Below the pieces are notes generated by a model. The model was not told where the DNA came from. It ran no database searches and was given only the letters and a program-made list of their open reading frames with translations. From the IMG/VR virus record IMGVR_UViG_3300032092_000034, positions 1 to 56,587 of that record: a DNA stretch of 56,587 nucleotides. One strand, 5' to 3'. This DNA comes from a virus. Lineage: Duplodnaviria; Caudoviricetes. Positions within the stretch are counted from its first letter, which is position 1. The number at the start of each line of letters is the position of its first letter. Of this stretch, positions 25,714 to 34,673 are shown one piece after another. The translations under genes were made by a program, and so were the position numbers.

Positions 25714-26913
25714 ATGGAAATGACAGAAGAGGTACGCGTCAAGCGTGGGCACATTGCCATGATGAAGCATCCCGAGACAGCGTTGTACTCAGGTGTGATG
25801 ATGATGGGCGAATCGTCAGTCGAGGATTCAAAGATTACGGCATACACCGATGGCTACAACAAGCGTTACGGCAGAGCCTTTCTTGCGGAAATGTGCGAAG
25901 AGGACGCAGAGGTCAACGCACTTATCTTGCACGAGAACTTGCACATCGTGTTGCGTCATCATATCTACGGCAAAGATATGTTCATGGAGAACAAGGAGCT
26001 AGCCAACTACGCCGCAGACTATGTCGTCAATGGCATCATCATGGCAATCAAAGACAAGAAGCTGGTCAAGCTACCCGATGGTGGTTTGTACGACCCACGC
26101 TTTGACAACATGAACATGCGTCAGGTCTATAACATTCTCAAGGATGAGCAGGAGGAAGGTGGCGGAGGTGGTCAACCCGACCCGAACGGCGACCCATCCA
26201 ACGGTTCAGGAGGGGGTGAATACCAATTCGACGAGCATGACTTTGACTGCAACATGACTGACGAAGAAGCCAAAGAGATGGACAACATGATTGACCGAGC
26301 CATACGAGAGGGCGCAATCCTAGCGGGGCGACTGGGCGTTGACTTGCCACGAGCCATCACAGAGATGCTTGAGCCACAAGTCGATTGGCGCAGAGAGTTT
26401 GCAGACTATGTGTCGGCGGCATGTAAGGGCAAGGATGAGTACACATGGCGCAAGTTCAATCGCCGTATGTTGCCCAATGACTTGTTTCTACCAACTGTGG
26501 AGGACGAGACTATCGGGGAGATTGTTGTACCCATTGATACATCAGGTTCGATTGGGCAGAAGGAACTTAATGAGTTCGCCTCAGAACTGGTCTCAATCGC
26601 CGAGCTTGTTCAGCCCGAAGCGATTCGCATTATCTGGTGGGACACCAAGGTACACGGTGAACAACTCTTCACAGATAACTACGCCCAAATTGGTTCGATG
26701 CTCAAGCCCAAGGGTGGGGGTGGAACTAGGGTTTCATGTGTCTCTGAATACATAAACAAGAAGAAGATAAAGGCAGAGTGCGTTGTGGTGTTCACCGATG
26801 GCTACTTGGAGAATGATGTGGTGTGGAACATCGACAGCCCAACTCTGTGGTTGGTGACTGAGAACAAGCACTGGACACCGCCAACTGGCAAGATGGTTTT
26901 CGTTAACAAATAG
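25714..26913 (+). CDS. metallopeptidase-like (HExxH) plus VWA domain protein (DUF2201-like)
   Basis: ILHENLH, NYAADYVVN, MIDAS DTSGS, GGGT, FTDG. Confidence 0.85.
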   Translation: MEMTEEVRVKRGHIAMMKHPETALYSGVMMMGESSVEDSKITAYTDGYNKRYGRAFLAEMCEEDAEVNALILHENLHIVLRHHIYGKDMFMENKELANYAADYVVNGIIMAIKDKKLVKLPDGGLYDPRFDNMNMRQVYNILKDEQEEGGGGGQPDPNGDPSNGSGGGEYQFDEHDFDCNMTDEEAKEMDNMIDRAIREGAILAGRLGVDLPRAITEMLEPQVDWRREFADYVSAACKGKDEYTWRKFNRRMLPNDLFLPTVEDETIGEIVVPIDTSGSIGQKELNEFASELVSIAELVQPEAIRIIWWDTKVHGEQLFTDNYAQIGSMLKPKGGGGTRVSCVSEYINKKKIKAECVVVFTDGYLENDVVWNIDSPTLWLVTENKHWTPPTGKMVFVNK

Positions 26914-26923
26914 GAGATATGCA

Positions 26924-27817
26924 ATGACTTTCTATGATGTAAGCAAGATGGAATACAAGGACTACGAAAAGCGAGTGAAGACTTACAAGCCTTATCGTGG
27001 GACTAACGTGTATCCAGTAGGCGACAGACGCTACTCCGCTAGGCACTTTGTTATGAGGGACGATGGCGTGGTGGAGGTCTACTATATTGGTATGACCTAC
27101 AAGAAACAAAAAGAGGAACAAGGTAATCCGATTACTCCACTTCTATACATTCATCCTGACAACACAGTAGAGTTCAACCGCTCTAGTGATGTGGGGTTCT
27201 TATCCAAACTGACTGGGTATTCGGTAAGACATGATATGAAGTACGGCGGCACGATAATCTGCAATTTTGGACTCCGAGGTAGCATTCATCCTGTATTCAA
27301 GGGGGCAAGATATTCATTAGATACCTTTACCTGCCTGACTCCCTACGAATGGCATCACCCCAAGGTGAATCGTAAAAGAGCAAAAGAGTCTATGAAGAAG
27401 TACGATGAGTTCTTGAAGCTTCACAAGGTGTTCCTTGACCCTATGAATAAAGAAGGTATTGAAGGAATATTTGATGACTTCCATAAGGAGATTGGCGAAC
27501 ACTGGGAACATCAACATAGATGGGACATAAACAAATTTAATGAGATGGTGGAGAGCAAACGCCATGTAGATGCGGTGGTGTATCTGAATGTAATTGACAG
27601 GGGGTTTTGGTGGATTAAGTATGCCGTAGACCGAGACATTGATAACTTCAAAGACCAAGTGTGTAAGTTTGCGCAGAACAGTCTCAAGACAGTTATATAC
27701 AAGCATGGAGGTGAGCAAGTATTTGATTACAGAGAAATACCCGCAGGGGGACACATCACGTCTTCTAAATGGAAGATTCGTGTGACCTCAAACGGTCAAG
27801 GTGTAGAACGTCTTTAA
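26924..27817 (+). CDS. hypothetical protein
   Basis: 297 aa ORF with GGAG RBS. Confidence 0.75.
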   Translation: MTFYDVSKMEYKDYEKRVKTYKPYRGTNVYPVGDRRYSARHFVMRDDGVVEVYYIGMTYKKQKEEQGNPITPLLYIHPDNTVEFNRSSDVGFLSKLTGYSVRHDMKYGGTIICNFGLRGSIHPVFKGARYSLDTFTCLTPYEWHHPKVNRKRAKESMKKYDEFLKLHKVFLDPMNKEGIEGIFDDFHKEIGEHWEHQHRWDINKFNEMVESKRHVDAVVYLNVIDRGFWWIKYAVDRDIDNFKDQVCKFAQNSLKTVIYKHGGEQVFDYREIPAGGHITSSKWKIRVTSNGQGVERL

Positions 27818-27838
27818 TTTAATCAACAGGAGAATGCA

Positions 27839-28780
27839 ATGAGTAACATGTCAGAAATAGTTTCACCCTACGGTGACACGATAGGAACAACAACAGCGTT
27901 GACTCAGTCAACACCAATAGCGAAGTTTGCGTATGAGTTCTGCACAGAATTCAATGTGCAAGTTACCAAGAGAAAGGGGTCAATGGGCGAGGGGGTCACA
28001 TTCAATATCCTATCAACAGACGGTATACCTCTTGGTAGTTTATATACTCAGACATGCCGTGGTTCTAGTGGGGGTGACGAGACGGTGTATTTTTACAATT
28101 CACCAAACATTGTTTCAAAAGCTAAAGGCACAGCGAGGTCTGATAGTCAGACAAGGGACGCTAACAAAATTAAAAGTCTTTTGGCAGTGATTAAGAAGAA
28201 CAACGAAATTCCTAATGTCAAATCTATGTATAGAACATTCGTTGGTGGCATTAGATATTCGTTTCAGCAAGTATCTAGAAATAGAGAACCTGAAATCTCT
28301 ATCGGAGACGACATGGCGATAGCTTTAATTGAGAAAGTGTTACTTGACAAACCAATAACGCACGAACAAAATCAATCTATTGAATCAGCGTACAAAACAT
28401 ATCAGTCCAAAATGAAGTCATACGAAAAAGCAGAATCTGATGGCATTAGATTTAATCAGGGCGCTAAACTTATTGGCATAAGTGGTGACCGAGATAATAG
28501 ATATTATCTTGTTGGCGAAGCTTCATTCGATGTTAGCTTACATGGTAACGAGGGAGTAACCATTCACGGTGACCTGAAACGCTATGACAGTCTGAAAAAT
28601 GTTCCCCAGTTTTCTGCTGATGTGGCGATGATTAATGCGTATATGCAGGGCAGGGGTGACTATGACGATAGTAATGAGTTTGGTCTGTCACGCCGTGATA
28701 CTTATTACGCAGACATTGATGTGGCTACTGGGTATGCGAGCAACGAGCTGTGGATTCTCATTCCTAAGACCGCCCCATGA
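27839..28780 (+). CDS. hypothetical protein
   Basis: 313 aa ORF with GGAGAATGCA leader. Confidence 0.75.
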   Translation: MSNMSEIVSPYGDTIGTTTALTQSTPIAKFAYEFCTEFNVQVTKRKGSMGEGVTFNILSTDGIPLGSLYTQTCRGSSGGDETVYFYNSPNIVSKAKGTARSDSQTRDANKIKSLLAVIKKNNEIPNVKSMYRTFVGGIRYSFQQVSRNREPEISIGDDMAIALIEKVLLDKPITHEQNQSIESAYKTYQSKMKSYEKAESDGIRFNQGAKLIGISGDRDNRYYLVGEASFDVSLHGNEGVTIHGDLKRYDSLKNVPQFSADVAMINAYMQGRGDYDDSNEFGLSRRDTYYADIDVATGYASNELWILIPKTAP

Positions 28781-29118
28781 GAGAAAGCTATCACCCCATC
28801 ACGCATAGTTATCTAGACCATACCTATCGTGTACCAATGTGGGCGGCAGACGACGACTACGAAGTGAGTGTTGGGCGAAACAATTACAGGATGTTCACCA
28901 ATGAAACACTACCAGACCGTATCGCAACTGCCATATCCATGATTAACGCGTACCCAACGAGGGACTATGCGGATTGGGAAATCAACCCCATCAATGTATA
29001 CATCAACCATCAAGACCCAGCGCTTGACGAGATTGGTTGGCGTATCAATCGGAGCATGTACATGCTTGTGTTACCTACTGACTACTTGGAGAATTTAGCA
29101 AATGGCAGATACACCTGA
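28777..29118 (+). CDS. hypothetical protein
   Basis: 113 aa; ATGA overlap with upstream gene. Confidence 0.7.
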   Translation: MRESYHPITHSYLDHTYRVPMWAADDDYEVSVGRNNYRMFTNETLPDRIATAISMINAYPTRDYADWEINPINVYINHQDPALDEIGWRINRSMYMLVLPTDYLENLANGRYT

Positions 29119-29404
29119 AGCGAAAGTAAAAAAGAAAGTGAAGGCTGTCCTTGAATCATTGGGTGCGTACTACACCATGCCTGTCGCTGGCGTATTCGGG
29201 CGTTCAGGGGTACCTGACATCCTATGTTGTCTTCACGGACGGTTTGTTGCAATCGAGTGCAAAGCGAATGGCGGTAAGACCACAAGGTTGCAGGATTCAA
29301 ACCTTACTGCCATAGCACAGGCAGGGGGCGTTGCACTTGTTGTTGATGAGACAAATATCAGTTCACTGGGAGCTGACTTGTTAAAACTGGTATCAGGGGG
29401 TTGA
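29102..29404 (+). CDS. VRR-NUC nuclease (resolvase-like)
   Basis: TPEAKVK...GVPDIL...FVAIECKA...LQ PD-(D/E)xK motif. Confidence 0.85.
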   Translation: MADTPEAKVKKKVKAVLESLGAYYTMPVAGVFGRSGVPDILCCLHGRFVAIECKANGGKTTRLQDSNLTAIAQAGGVALVVDETNISSLGADLLKLVSGG

Positions 29405-29405
29405 T

Positions 29406-29624
29406 ATGAAAACAATTATCCATGTGAATCAGCACGTTGTTAAAGCCAACGCAAAGAATGGTACTAACGAACCTGTGCTGACAGTCAAGACATACAAGGA
29501 CAACTTGTATACACATTGTGTACACATCAAAGGCGAAAGCCGTGTGGTGTACAGCCCTGACAAGCCGTTGTCGTGCGGTGCAAAGGTATGGATTGAAACT
29601 CAAGCAGAAGTGGAGGTGATGTGA
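29406..29624 (+). CDS. conserved phage hypothetical protein
   Basis: IHVNQH...YSPDKPLSCGAKVWIET. Confidence 0.75.
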   Translation: MKTIIHVNQHVVKANAKNGTNEPVLTVKTYKDNLYTHCVHIKGESRVVYSPDKPLSCGAKVWIETQAEVEVM

Positions 29625-29744
29625 TGTTAGAAATGATTGCAGGGATTCTTGTAATGACAGCAATGTTGGCACTGGGCGCTATTCTTTTTGTCTTTGTGTG
29701 CGCCATGATTGGTTGGATGGTATTCATAACACAGAACGGAGGCG

Positions 29745-30068
29745 ATGATGACTGAAGAAGATGAAGCGTTCAACGAGATTGAACGACAAGCAAAGCAACG
29801 CAAGGAGTCGGTGATGGCGGCTGTGCATACCCTTACGGAGTATCAGCGTGGGTATGAAAATGGGTTCATTGATGGAATGCAAAAGCAGACTCAATCTGAT
29901 GTAACAAGAATCATGAATGGCGGCATTCGTAACGATGCCATTGAAGAAGTGTTGCAAATCATCAAAGAACTGCGCCCCGCCATCATGCCGTTAGAAGGTA
30001 TGGGCAGAGGTAAGACCACACAAGAATGGTTTGACATCTTGGTACAGGACATTGAGGAGAAGCTATGA
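29745..30068 (+). CDS. hypothetical protein
   Basis: GGAGG RBS; MTEEDEAFNEIER N-terminus. Confidence 0.65.
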   Translation: MMTEEDEAFNEIERQAKQRKESVMAAVHTLTEYQRGYENGFIDGMQKQTQSDVTRIMNGGIRNDAIEEVLQIIKELRPAIMPLEGMGRGKTTQEWFDILVQDIEEKL

Positions 30069-30280
30069 CATTCAGAGAAACCACAATCAAATACATCAAG
30101 GATATTCTTAGACCAAAGACTATCTACGAAGTTATTTACGCAGAACTGCAAGAGGCACACCTACGCAAGTTGGAAGCCGAGACTGCGGCTGAGTACGCAG
30201 ATGCCACTATCGGATACAACAGTCGCCGAATCGAAAGGTTGAAGCAACGCTTGTTTGAACACGCAGAGGAGGACGCATGA
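30065..30280 (+). CDS. hypothetical protein
   Basis: ATGA overlaps at both ends. Confidence 0.7.
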   Translation: MTFRETTIKYIKDILRPKTIYEVIYAELQEAHLRKLEAETAAEYADATIGYNSRRIERLKQRLFEHAEEDA

Positions 30281-30477
30281 TTGACAAACTCATTCTCAGT
30301 GCTGTGCTAGGCACAGTGGGGTTCAATGGCCTATTCCCTGACCCGCCACAACCAATTACGCCTTGGCAGTTACAACAAAAAGCAAAGAAGAAATCCATAA
30401 GCGCCATGTGCGACAGGAAACCAAAGAGCAAGACGGCAAAAGATTTGTGTAGAAGATGGAGGAAACTAAATGCTTGA
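30277..30477 (+). CDS. small protein with signal-like N-terminus
   Basis: MIDKLILSAVLGTVGF; coupled to upstream gene. Confidence 0.6.
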   Translation: MIDKLILSAVLGTVGFNGLFPDPPQPITPWQLQQKAKKKSISAMCDRKPKSKTAKDLCRRWRKLNA

Positions 30478-30765
30478 GCAAATCAAAACATTTTTTGGGA
30501 AGTTGCGTGGCTTGCATGGGCAACGCAAAGTGATAGTAGAGCAGGGGTTACTTTGGAAATGCACCAAGTGTGGCTTAATTTTCTTAAACAAGAAAGAAGG
30601 AGAGAAGCATGGTAGTGAAAGAAATTGTTGAAAACGAGAACGGCACAATGACCGTCATTTGTGACTTTGAACCGGCAGAGGTACGTGCTTGTGTTGAGGT
30701 TGGGTTTTTGAAGCTACTCAAAGACTACTTAGACGAACACGCACCATTCCATCAGGGGAATATAG

Positions 30766-30930
30766 ATGCCAAGACCGAAGAGTGAGTTAACCAAGAGCGG
30801 TAAGACCATCGGCATCCGCGTAACGCAGAGTGAGTATGAGGAGTACATGCAACTAGGAGGAGGTAAATGGATTAGAAAACTTTTACAAGACAGTAGAGAT
30901 AGCAAAAACAAACGAGCAAACAATTCTTAA
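30766..30930 (+). CDS. small ribbon-helix-helix-like DNA-binding protein (54 aa)
   Basis: Not in ORF track. MPRPKSELTKSGKTIGIRVTQSEYEEYMQLGGGKWIRKLL...; beta-helix-helix pattern. Confidence 0.6.
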   Translation: MPRPKSELTKSGKTIGIRVTQSEYEEYMQLGGGKWIRKLLQDSRDSKNKRANNS

Positions 30931-30948
30931 ACAACTGGAGAGAAGCAA

Positions 30949-31404
30949 ATGGCTACAGCCAAAAAATCAAAGATATCAACTGCATCAAGAGTCCGTAATT
31001 ACATTTCACTTCACCCTGAAGCAAAAGCAGAGGACATTGCGATTAAATTCAACACGACAAAACAACATGTATATGTGATTCGTCACAACATGCGTAAGGT
31101 AGGCAAGGAACTCTTGAAGAAGAAAAAACTGCCACAAACTGCGTTAACCCCTAGTATCGTACAGAAACATTTTGGCATTGACATCGACAAAGCGCATGAC
31201 CCAGTGAATCAGCCATCGCACTACAAAGTAGGAGGCATTGAGACAATAGACTTTATTGAAGCCAAGGGGTTGAACTACAACTTAGGTAATGCAATAAAGT
31301 ACATCACCCGAGCAGACCATAAGGGAAGCAAGGCGCAAGACTTGGCGAAAGCCATTTGGTATCTACGAAGAGAAATAACAAACAATGTCCCTAATAACAA
31401 TTGA
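30949..31404 (+). CDS. DUF3310 domain protein with N-terminal HTH-like segment
   Basis: DPVNQPSHY..GGIETIDFI...GNAIKYITRA.HKG...QDLAKAIWYL. Confidence 0.85.
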   Translation: MATAKKSKISTASRVRNYISLHPEAKAEDIAIKFNTTKQHVYVIRHNMRKVGKELLKKKKLPQTALTPSIVQKHFGIDIDKAHDPVNQPSHYKVGGIETIDFIEAKGLNYNLGNAIKYITRADHKGSKAQDLAKAIWYLRREITNNVPNNN

Positions 31405-33256
31405 TTTTGAGACTTATTACACCGATACAGACCTAGGGTTTAAAAAGCAGACGACTGAAGAGTACGTGCGAGACCCTAGGTTTGAGGTGATTGGCGTGGC
31501 GGTTCAAGTGGGCGACGGAGACCCAGTTTGGTTTTCAGGGACACATGAACAGCTACGCAAATCTCTAAAACAATTTGACTGGAAAGGTAGTGCTGTCTTG
31601 GCGCACAACACGCTATTCGACGGCGCTATCCTAAGTTGGATTTTCAATATCAAGCCGATGGCATTGTTGGATACATTGTCAATGGCGAGAGCGATACATG
31701 GCGTGGATGCTGGGGGTTCACTTGCCGCACTTGCAAAGCGCTATGAGATTGGGGAGAAGGGCGATGAGGTTGTCAAAGCAATCAACAAGACACGCCTAGA
31801 CTTTACAGAAGAAGAGCTTGCTTTGTATGGTGAGTATTGCAGAAACGATGTGCGCCTGACATACAAGTTGTTCTTGATGATGATGCCGAGCTTTGACCCT
31901 GACGAGTTGAAGTTAATAGACATGACGTTGCGCATGTTCACCGACCCGATGTTGTATGTGAATCAGGATACCCTGAAAGAGCGATTTGATGATTTGGCTA
32001 AAGAGAAATCAGAGTTGCTTGCTTCACTGATGACTGACCTTGAGTGCGCCACAGAAGAAGAGGTGCGAGAAAAGCTATCAAGTAACCCCAAGTTTGCAAA
32101 GGTACTGGAGAAGTTTGGTGTGCCTGTGCCGATGAAGATGAGTGAGAAGCAGAAGAAGGAAGTGCCAGCACTTGCCAAGAAGGATGAAGGATTCATTGCG
32201 CTGACTGAGAGCGAAGATACTTTTATCCAACACTTGTGCGCTGTGCGCTTGGGGACTAAGTCAACACTTGAAGCCAATAGACTTGAACGGTTCATGGGCA
32301 TAGGACTGCGGAACAAAGGCAGGCTACCTATCCCGCTGAAGTATTACGGCGCACACACTGGGCGCTGGTCAGGCACAGACAAGGTGAACTTCCAAAACCT
32401 ACCGAGCAGGGATGCCAAGAAGAAAGCTCTGAAGAAAGCCATCGTGCCGCCTGAAGGCTACATGGTGATTAACTCTGACTCATCGCAGATTGAGGCTAGG
32501 GTGCTTGCGTGGTTGGCAGGGCAGGAGGATGTTGTCAAGCAGTTTGCTGATGGCGAAGATGTGTACTCTATATTTTCTTCATCCGTCTACAACAGGACAA
32601 TTACCAAAGCCGACGCAACCGAACGGTTCGTGGGTAAGACATGTATTTTGGGATTGGGTTATGGGACAGGCGCGTTTAAGCTACAGCACACATTGTCTAC
32701 TTCCCAACCAGTAAGCGTGAAGCTGACTGAAGAAGAATGCAAAACCATCGTGGGTATTTATCGAGACAAGAATTACAAGATACCTGAGTTGTGGGCTGAT
32801 GCTGACAGGATGCTCGACACCATGATGAACGGCAACATAAAGAAACCAATACAACTTGGCGAGTATGGTTGTTTGTTCTATGACAACGATGGAGTCATTC
32901 TGCCAAACGGTCTACGCATACGCTATCCCAACTTGAGGCGTGTAGACAAAGATGGCAAGTCGCAGATTGTTTACGATTCACGCAGGGGTGAAGTCTCCAT
33001 TTGGGGCGGCGCTGTTGTAGAGAACGTGGTGCAAGCTCTAGCAAGAATCGTCGTGGGCAAGCAGATGCTCGCCATATCTGAAAGATACCGTGTAGCTTTA
33101 ACAGTACACGATGCGGCAGTCGTCGTCGTGCATGAGGACGTTGTACCCGAAGCGGTAGCGTACATCAATGAAGTTATGTCTACCCCACCCGACTGGGCGA
33201 CAAACTTGCCAGTGGCATGTGAAACAAAAGTCGGTGCAACTTATGGAGACTGCTGA
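31385..33256 (+). CDS. polA: DNA polymerase, family A, with 3'-5' exonuclease
   Basis: ExoI DFETY, HNTLFD; motif A DSSQIEARVLA, motif B KTCILGLGYG, motif C TVHD. Confidence 0.95.
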   Translation: MSLITIDFETYYTDTDLGFKKQTTEEYVRDPRFEVIGVAVQVGDGDPVWFSGTHEQLRKSLKQFDWKGSAVLAHNTLFDGAILSWIFNIKPMALLDTLSMARAIHGVDAGGSLAALAKRYEIGEKGDEVVKAINKTRLDFTEEELALYGEYCRNDVRLTYKLFLMMMPSFDPDELKLIDMTLRMFTDPMLYVNQDTLKERFDDLAKEKSELLASLMTDLECATEEEVREKLSSNPKFAKVLEKFGVPVPMKMSEKQKKEVPALAKKDEGFIALTESEDTFIQHLCAVRLGTKSTLEANRLERFMGIGLRNKGRLPIPLKYYGAHTGRWSGTDKVNFQNLPSRDAKKKALKKAIVPPEGYMVINSDSSQIEARVLAWLAGQEDVVKQFADGEDVYSIFSSSVYNRTITKADATERFVGKTCILGLGYGTGAFKLQHTLSTSQPVSVKLTEEECKTIVGIYRDKNYKIPELWADADRMLDTMMNGNIKKPIQLGEYGCLFYDNDGVILPNGLRIRYPNLRRVDKDGKSQIVYDSRRGEVSIWGGAVVENVVQALARIVVGKQMLAISERYRVALTVHDAAVVVVHEDVVPEAVAYINEVMSTPPDWATNLPVACETKVGATYGDC

Positions 33257-33295
33257 TGATATTATCTAGCTCCCCAAACAAAGTGAAAATCAGTC

Positions 33296-33955
33296 ATGGA
33301 AGCACACGAAGTCAAATGGTCTTACTCCAGCCTTAAAGATTATCAAAACTGCCCACGGCAGTATCAGGAAATAAAAGTACTGAAGAACTACACCAAGTTT
33401 CCTACCGCAGAAATGCGCTACGGAACAGAGGTACATAAAGCGATAGAAGATTATGTCGGAGAGGGTAAACCTCTTGCGCCTGATTACGAACGCTTTTCTA
33501 AACAACTCCAGCCCTTGGTAGAAATGGATGGCGTCAAGCATCCCGAGCTACGCATGGCGCTTGGCTTTGACCGCAAGCCGTCTAAATGGAACGACTATTG
33601 GGTGCGTGGTATCGCCGACTTGGTTGTGTTAAATGGTGACACTGCGTTCATTGTTGACTACAAGACAGGCAGTAGCAAGTACCCTGACCCAAAACAGTTA
33701 CAACTGATGGCGTTAATGGTCTTTTCACACTACCCTGAAATCGTACATATCAAGGCAGGTCTTCTGTTTGTTATGCACGAACACTTCTTCTCCTTTGAGT
33801 ATCACAGAGAGGATGAGGAAAAACTTTGGGGTGACTTCTACCCCCACCTTGAGCGCCTGCGCCTTTCGTATGAAAACGGTGTATGGCAAGAAAACCCTAC
33901 GCCATTGTGTGGTTGGTGTCCCGTAAAACGATGCCAGTTCCATAAGGAAAGATAA
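33296..33955 (+). CDS. PD-(D/E)xK exonuclease (RecB/Cas4-like)
   Basis: SYSSL...CPR, GIADL, VDYKTG, QLQLM, C-terminal CGWCP...C. Confidence 0.85.
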   Translation: MEAHEVKWSYSSLKDYQNCPRQYQEIKVLKNYTKFPTAEMRYGTEVHKAIEDYVGEGKPLAPDYERFSKQLQPLVEMDGVKHPELRMALGFDRKPSKWNDYWVRGIADLVVLNGDTAFIVDYKTGSSKYPDPKQLQLMALMVFSHYPEIVHIKAGLLFVMHEHFFSFEYHREDEEKLWGDFYPHLERLRLSYENGVWQENPTPLCGWCPVKRCQFHKER

Positions 33956-34168
33956 ATGAGAAATGAAGAGTTGATAGATTACGCCTATCCGTTAATGATG
34001 GCTGAGAGAGCGCTGAAAAAAGCACATGACTTTTTGCTGGAAGAAGACTATATTCTTGCAATGGATCAATTAGAGAAAGCGATTGTCGAGGTACGTATCG
34101 CTAGAAACTCTGTTCTTCATATAAAGGAAACTAGCAATGCCATACGTGAACAAACCGAGACCATATAA
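33956..34168 (+). CDS. hypothetical protein
   Basis: 70 aa helical ORF in operon. Confidence 0.7.
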   Translation: MRNEELIDYAYPLMMAERALKKAHDFLLEEDYILAMDQLEKAIVEVRIARNSVLHIKETSNAIREQTETI

Positions 34169-34454
34169 AAAAGAATACCAACAGCAGAAAGCTCGTGGTG
34201 AATTAGCTAACCGCATGGAGCGCCAACGTGCCCGACGCGCGATGGATAAGACAGGCAAAGACGCAGACAAAGACGGCACTGCTGATGCTCGTGAGGGTAA
34301 GGACATTGCGCACCGCAAGGCTCTATCTAGAGGTGGGTCAAACGGTGATGGTGTGCGTGTAGAGAGTGCGGCTGTCAACCGTTCATTCAAACGCAATTCT
34401 GCTGGCGCTTTGGTATCGGAAACCAGCAAGCGTGAAAAAAAGTTGAAAAAATAA
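34137..34454 (+). CDS. HNH-like basic protein
   Basis: DIAHRKALSRGGSN...NRS resembles minimal HNH fold. Confidence 0.6.
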   Translation: MPYVNKPRPYKKEYQQQKARGELANRMERQRARRAMDKTGKDADKDGTADAREGKDIAHRKALSRGGSNGDGVRVESAAVNRSFKRNSAGALVSETSKREKKLKK

Positions 34455-34455
34455 C

Positions 34456-34483
34456 TTGACAAATAAAAAATAGACTCCATAAT
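34456..34483 (+). promoter_or_regulatory. sigma70-like promoter
   Basis: TTGACA-16 nt-CATAAT. Confidence 0.65.
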
Positions 34484-34488
34484 TCAAT

Positions 34489-34660
34489 TATCAAGAGTTT
34501 TCTGATCTTGGTCGGGCGTAAGGCATGAGTGGCTCGTAGACTTAATTGCATAGTCAAAACCATTGTCAGTTGATCGGCAGCCGCTTATTTCGGTAAGTCT
34601 CCTCTGTGGCAGGGTCAACCGTGCGGGGCGTTCCCCGCACGTAAAGCAGTCTTAATTCAG
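34489..34660 (+). ncRNA. candidate structured RNA/leader upstream of helicase
   Basis: Several stems incl. GCUUAU-UUCG-GUAAGU, GUUGAUC/GGUCAAC and perfect 9-bp CGUGCGGGG/CCCCGCACG. Confidence 0.45.
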
Positions 34661-34673
34661 TCAAGGGGAATGA

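Noticed and set aside
33296-33955. Cas4-like nuclease as a CRISPR component
   Set aside because: Stand-alone PD-(D/E)xK exonuclease in the usual phage replication cluster, with no array
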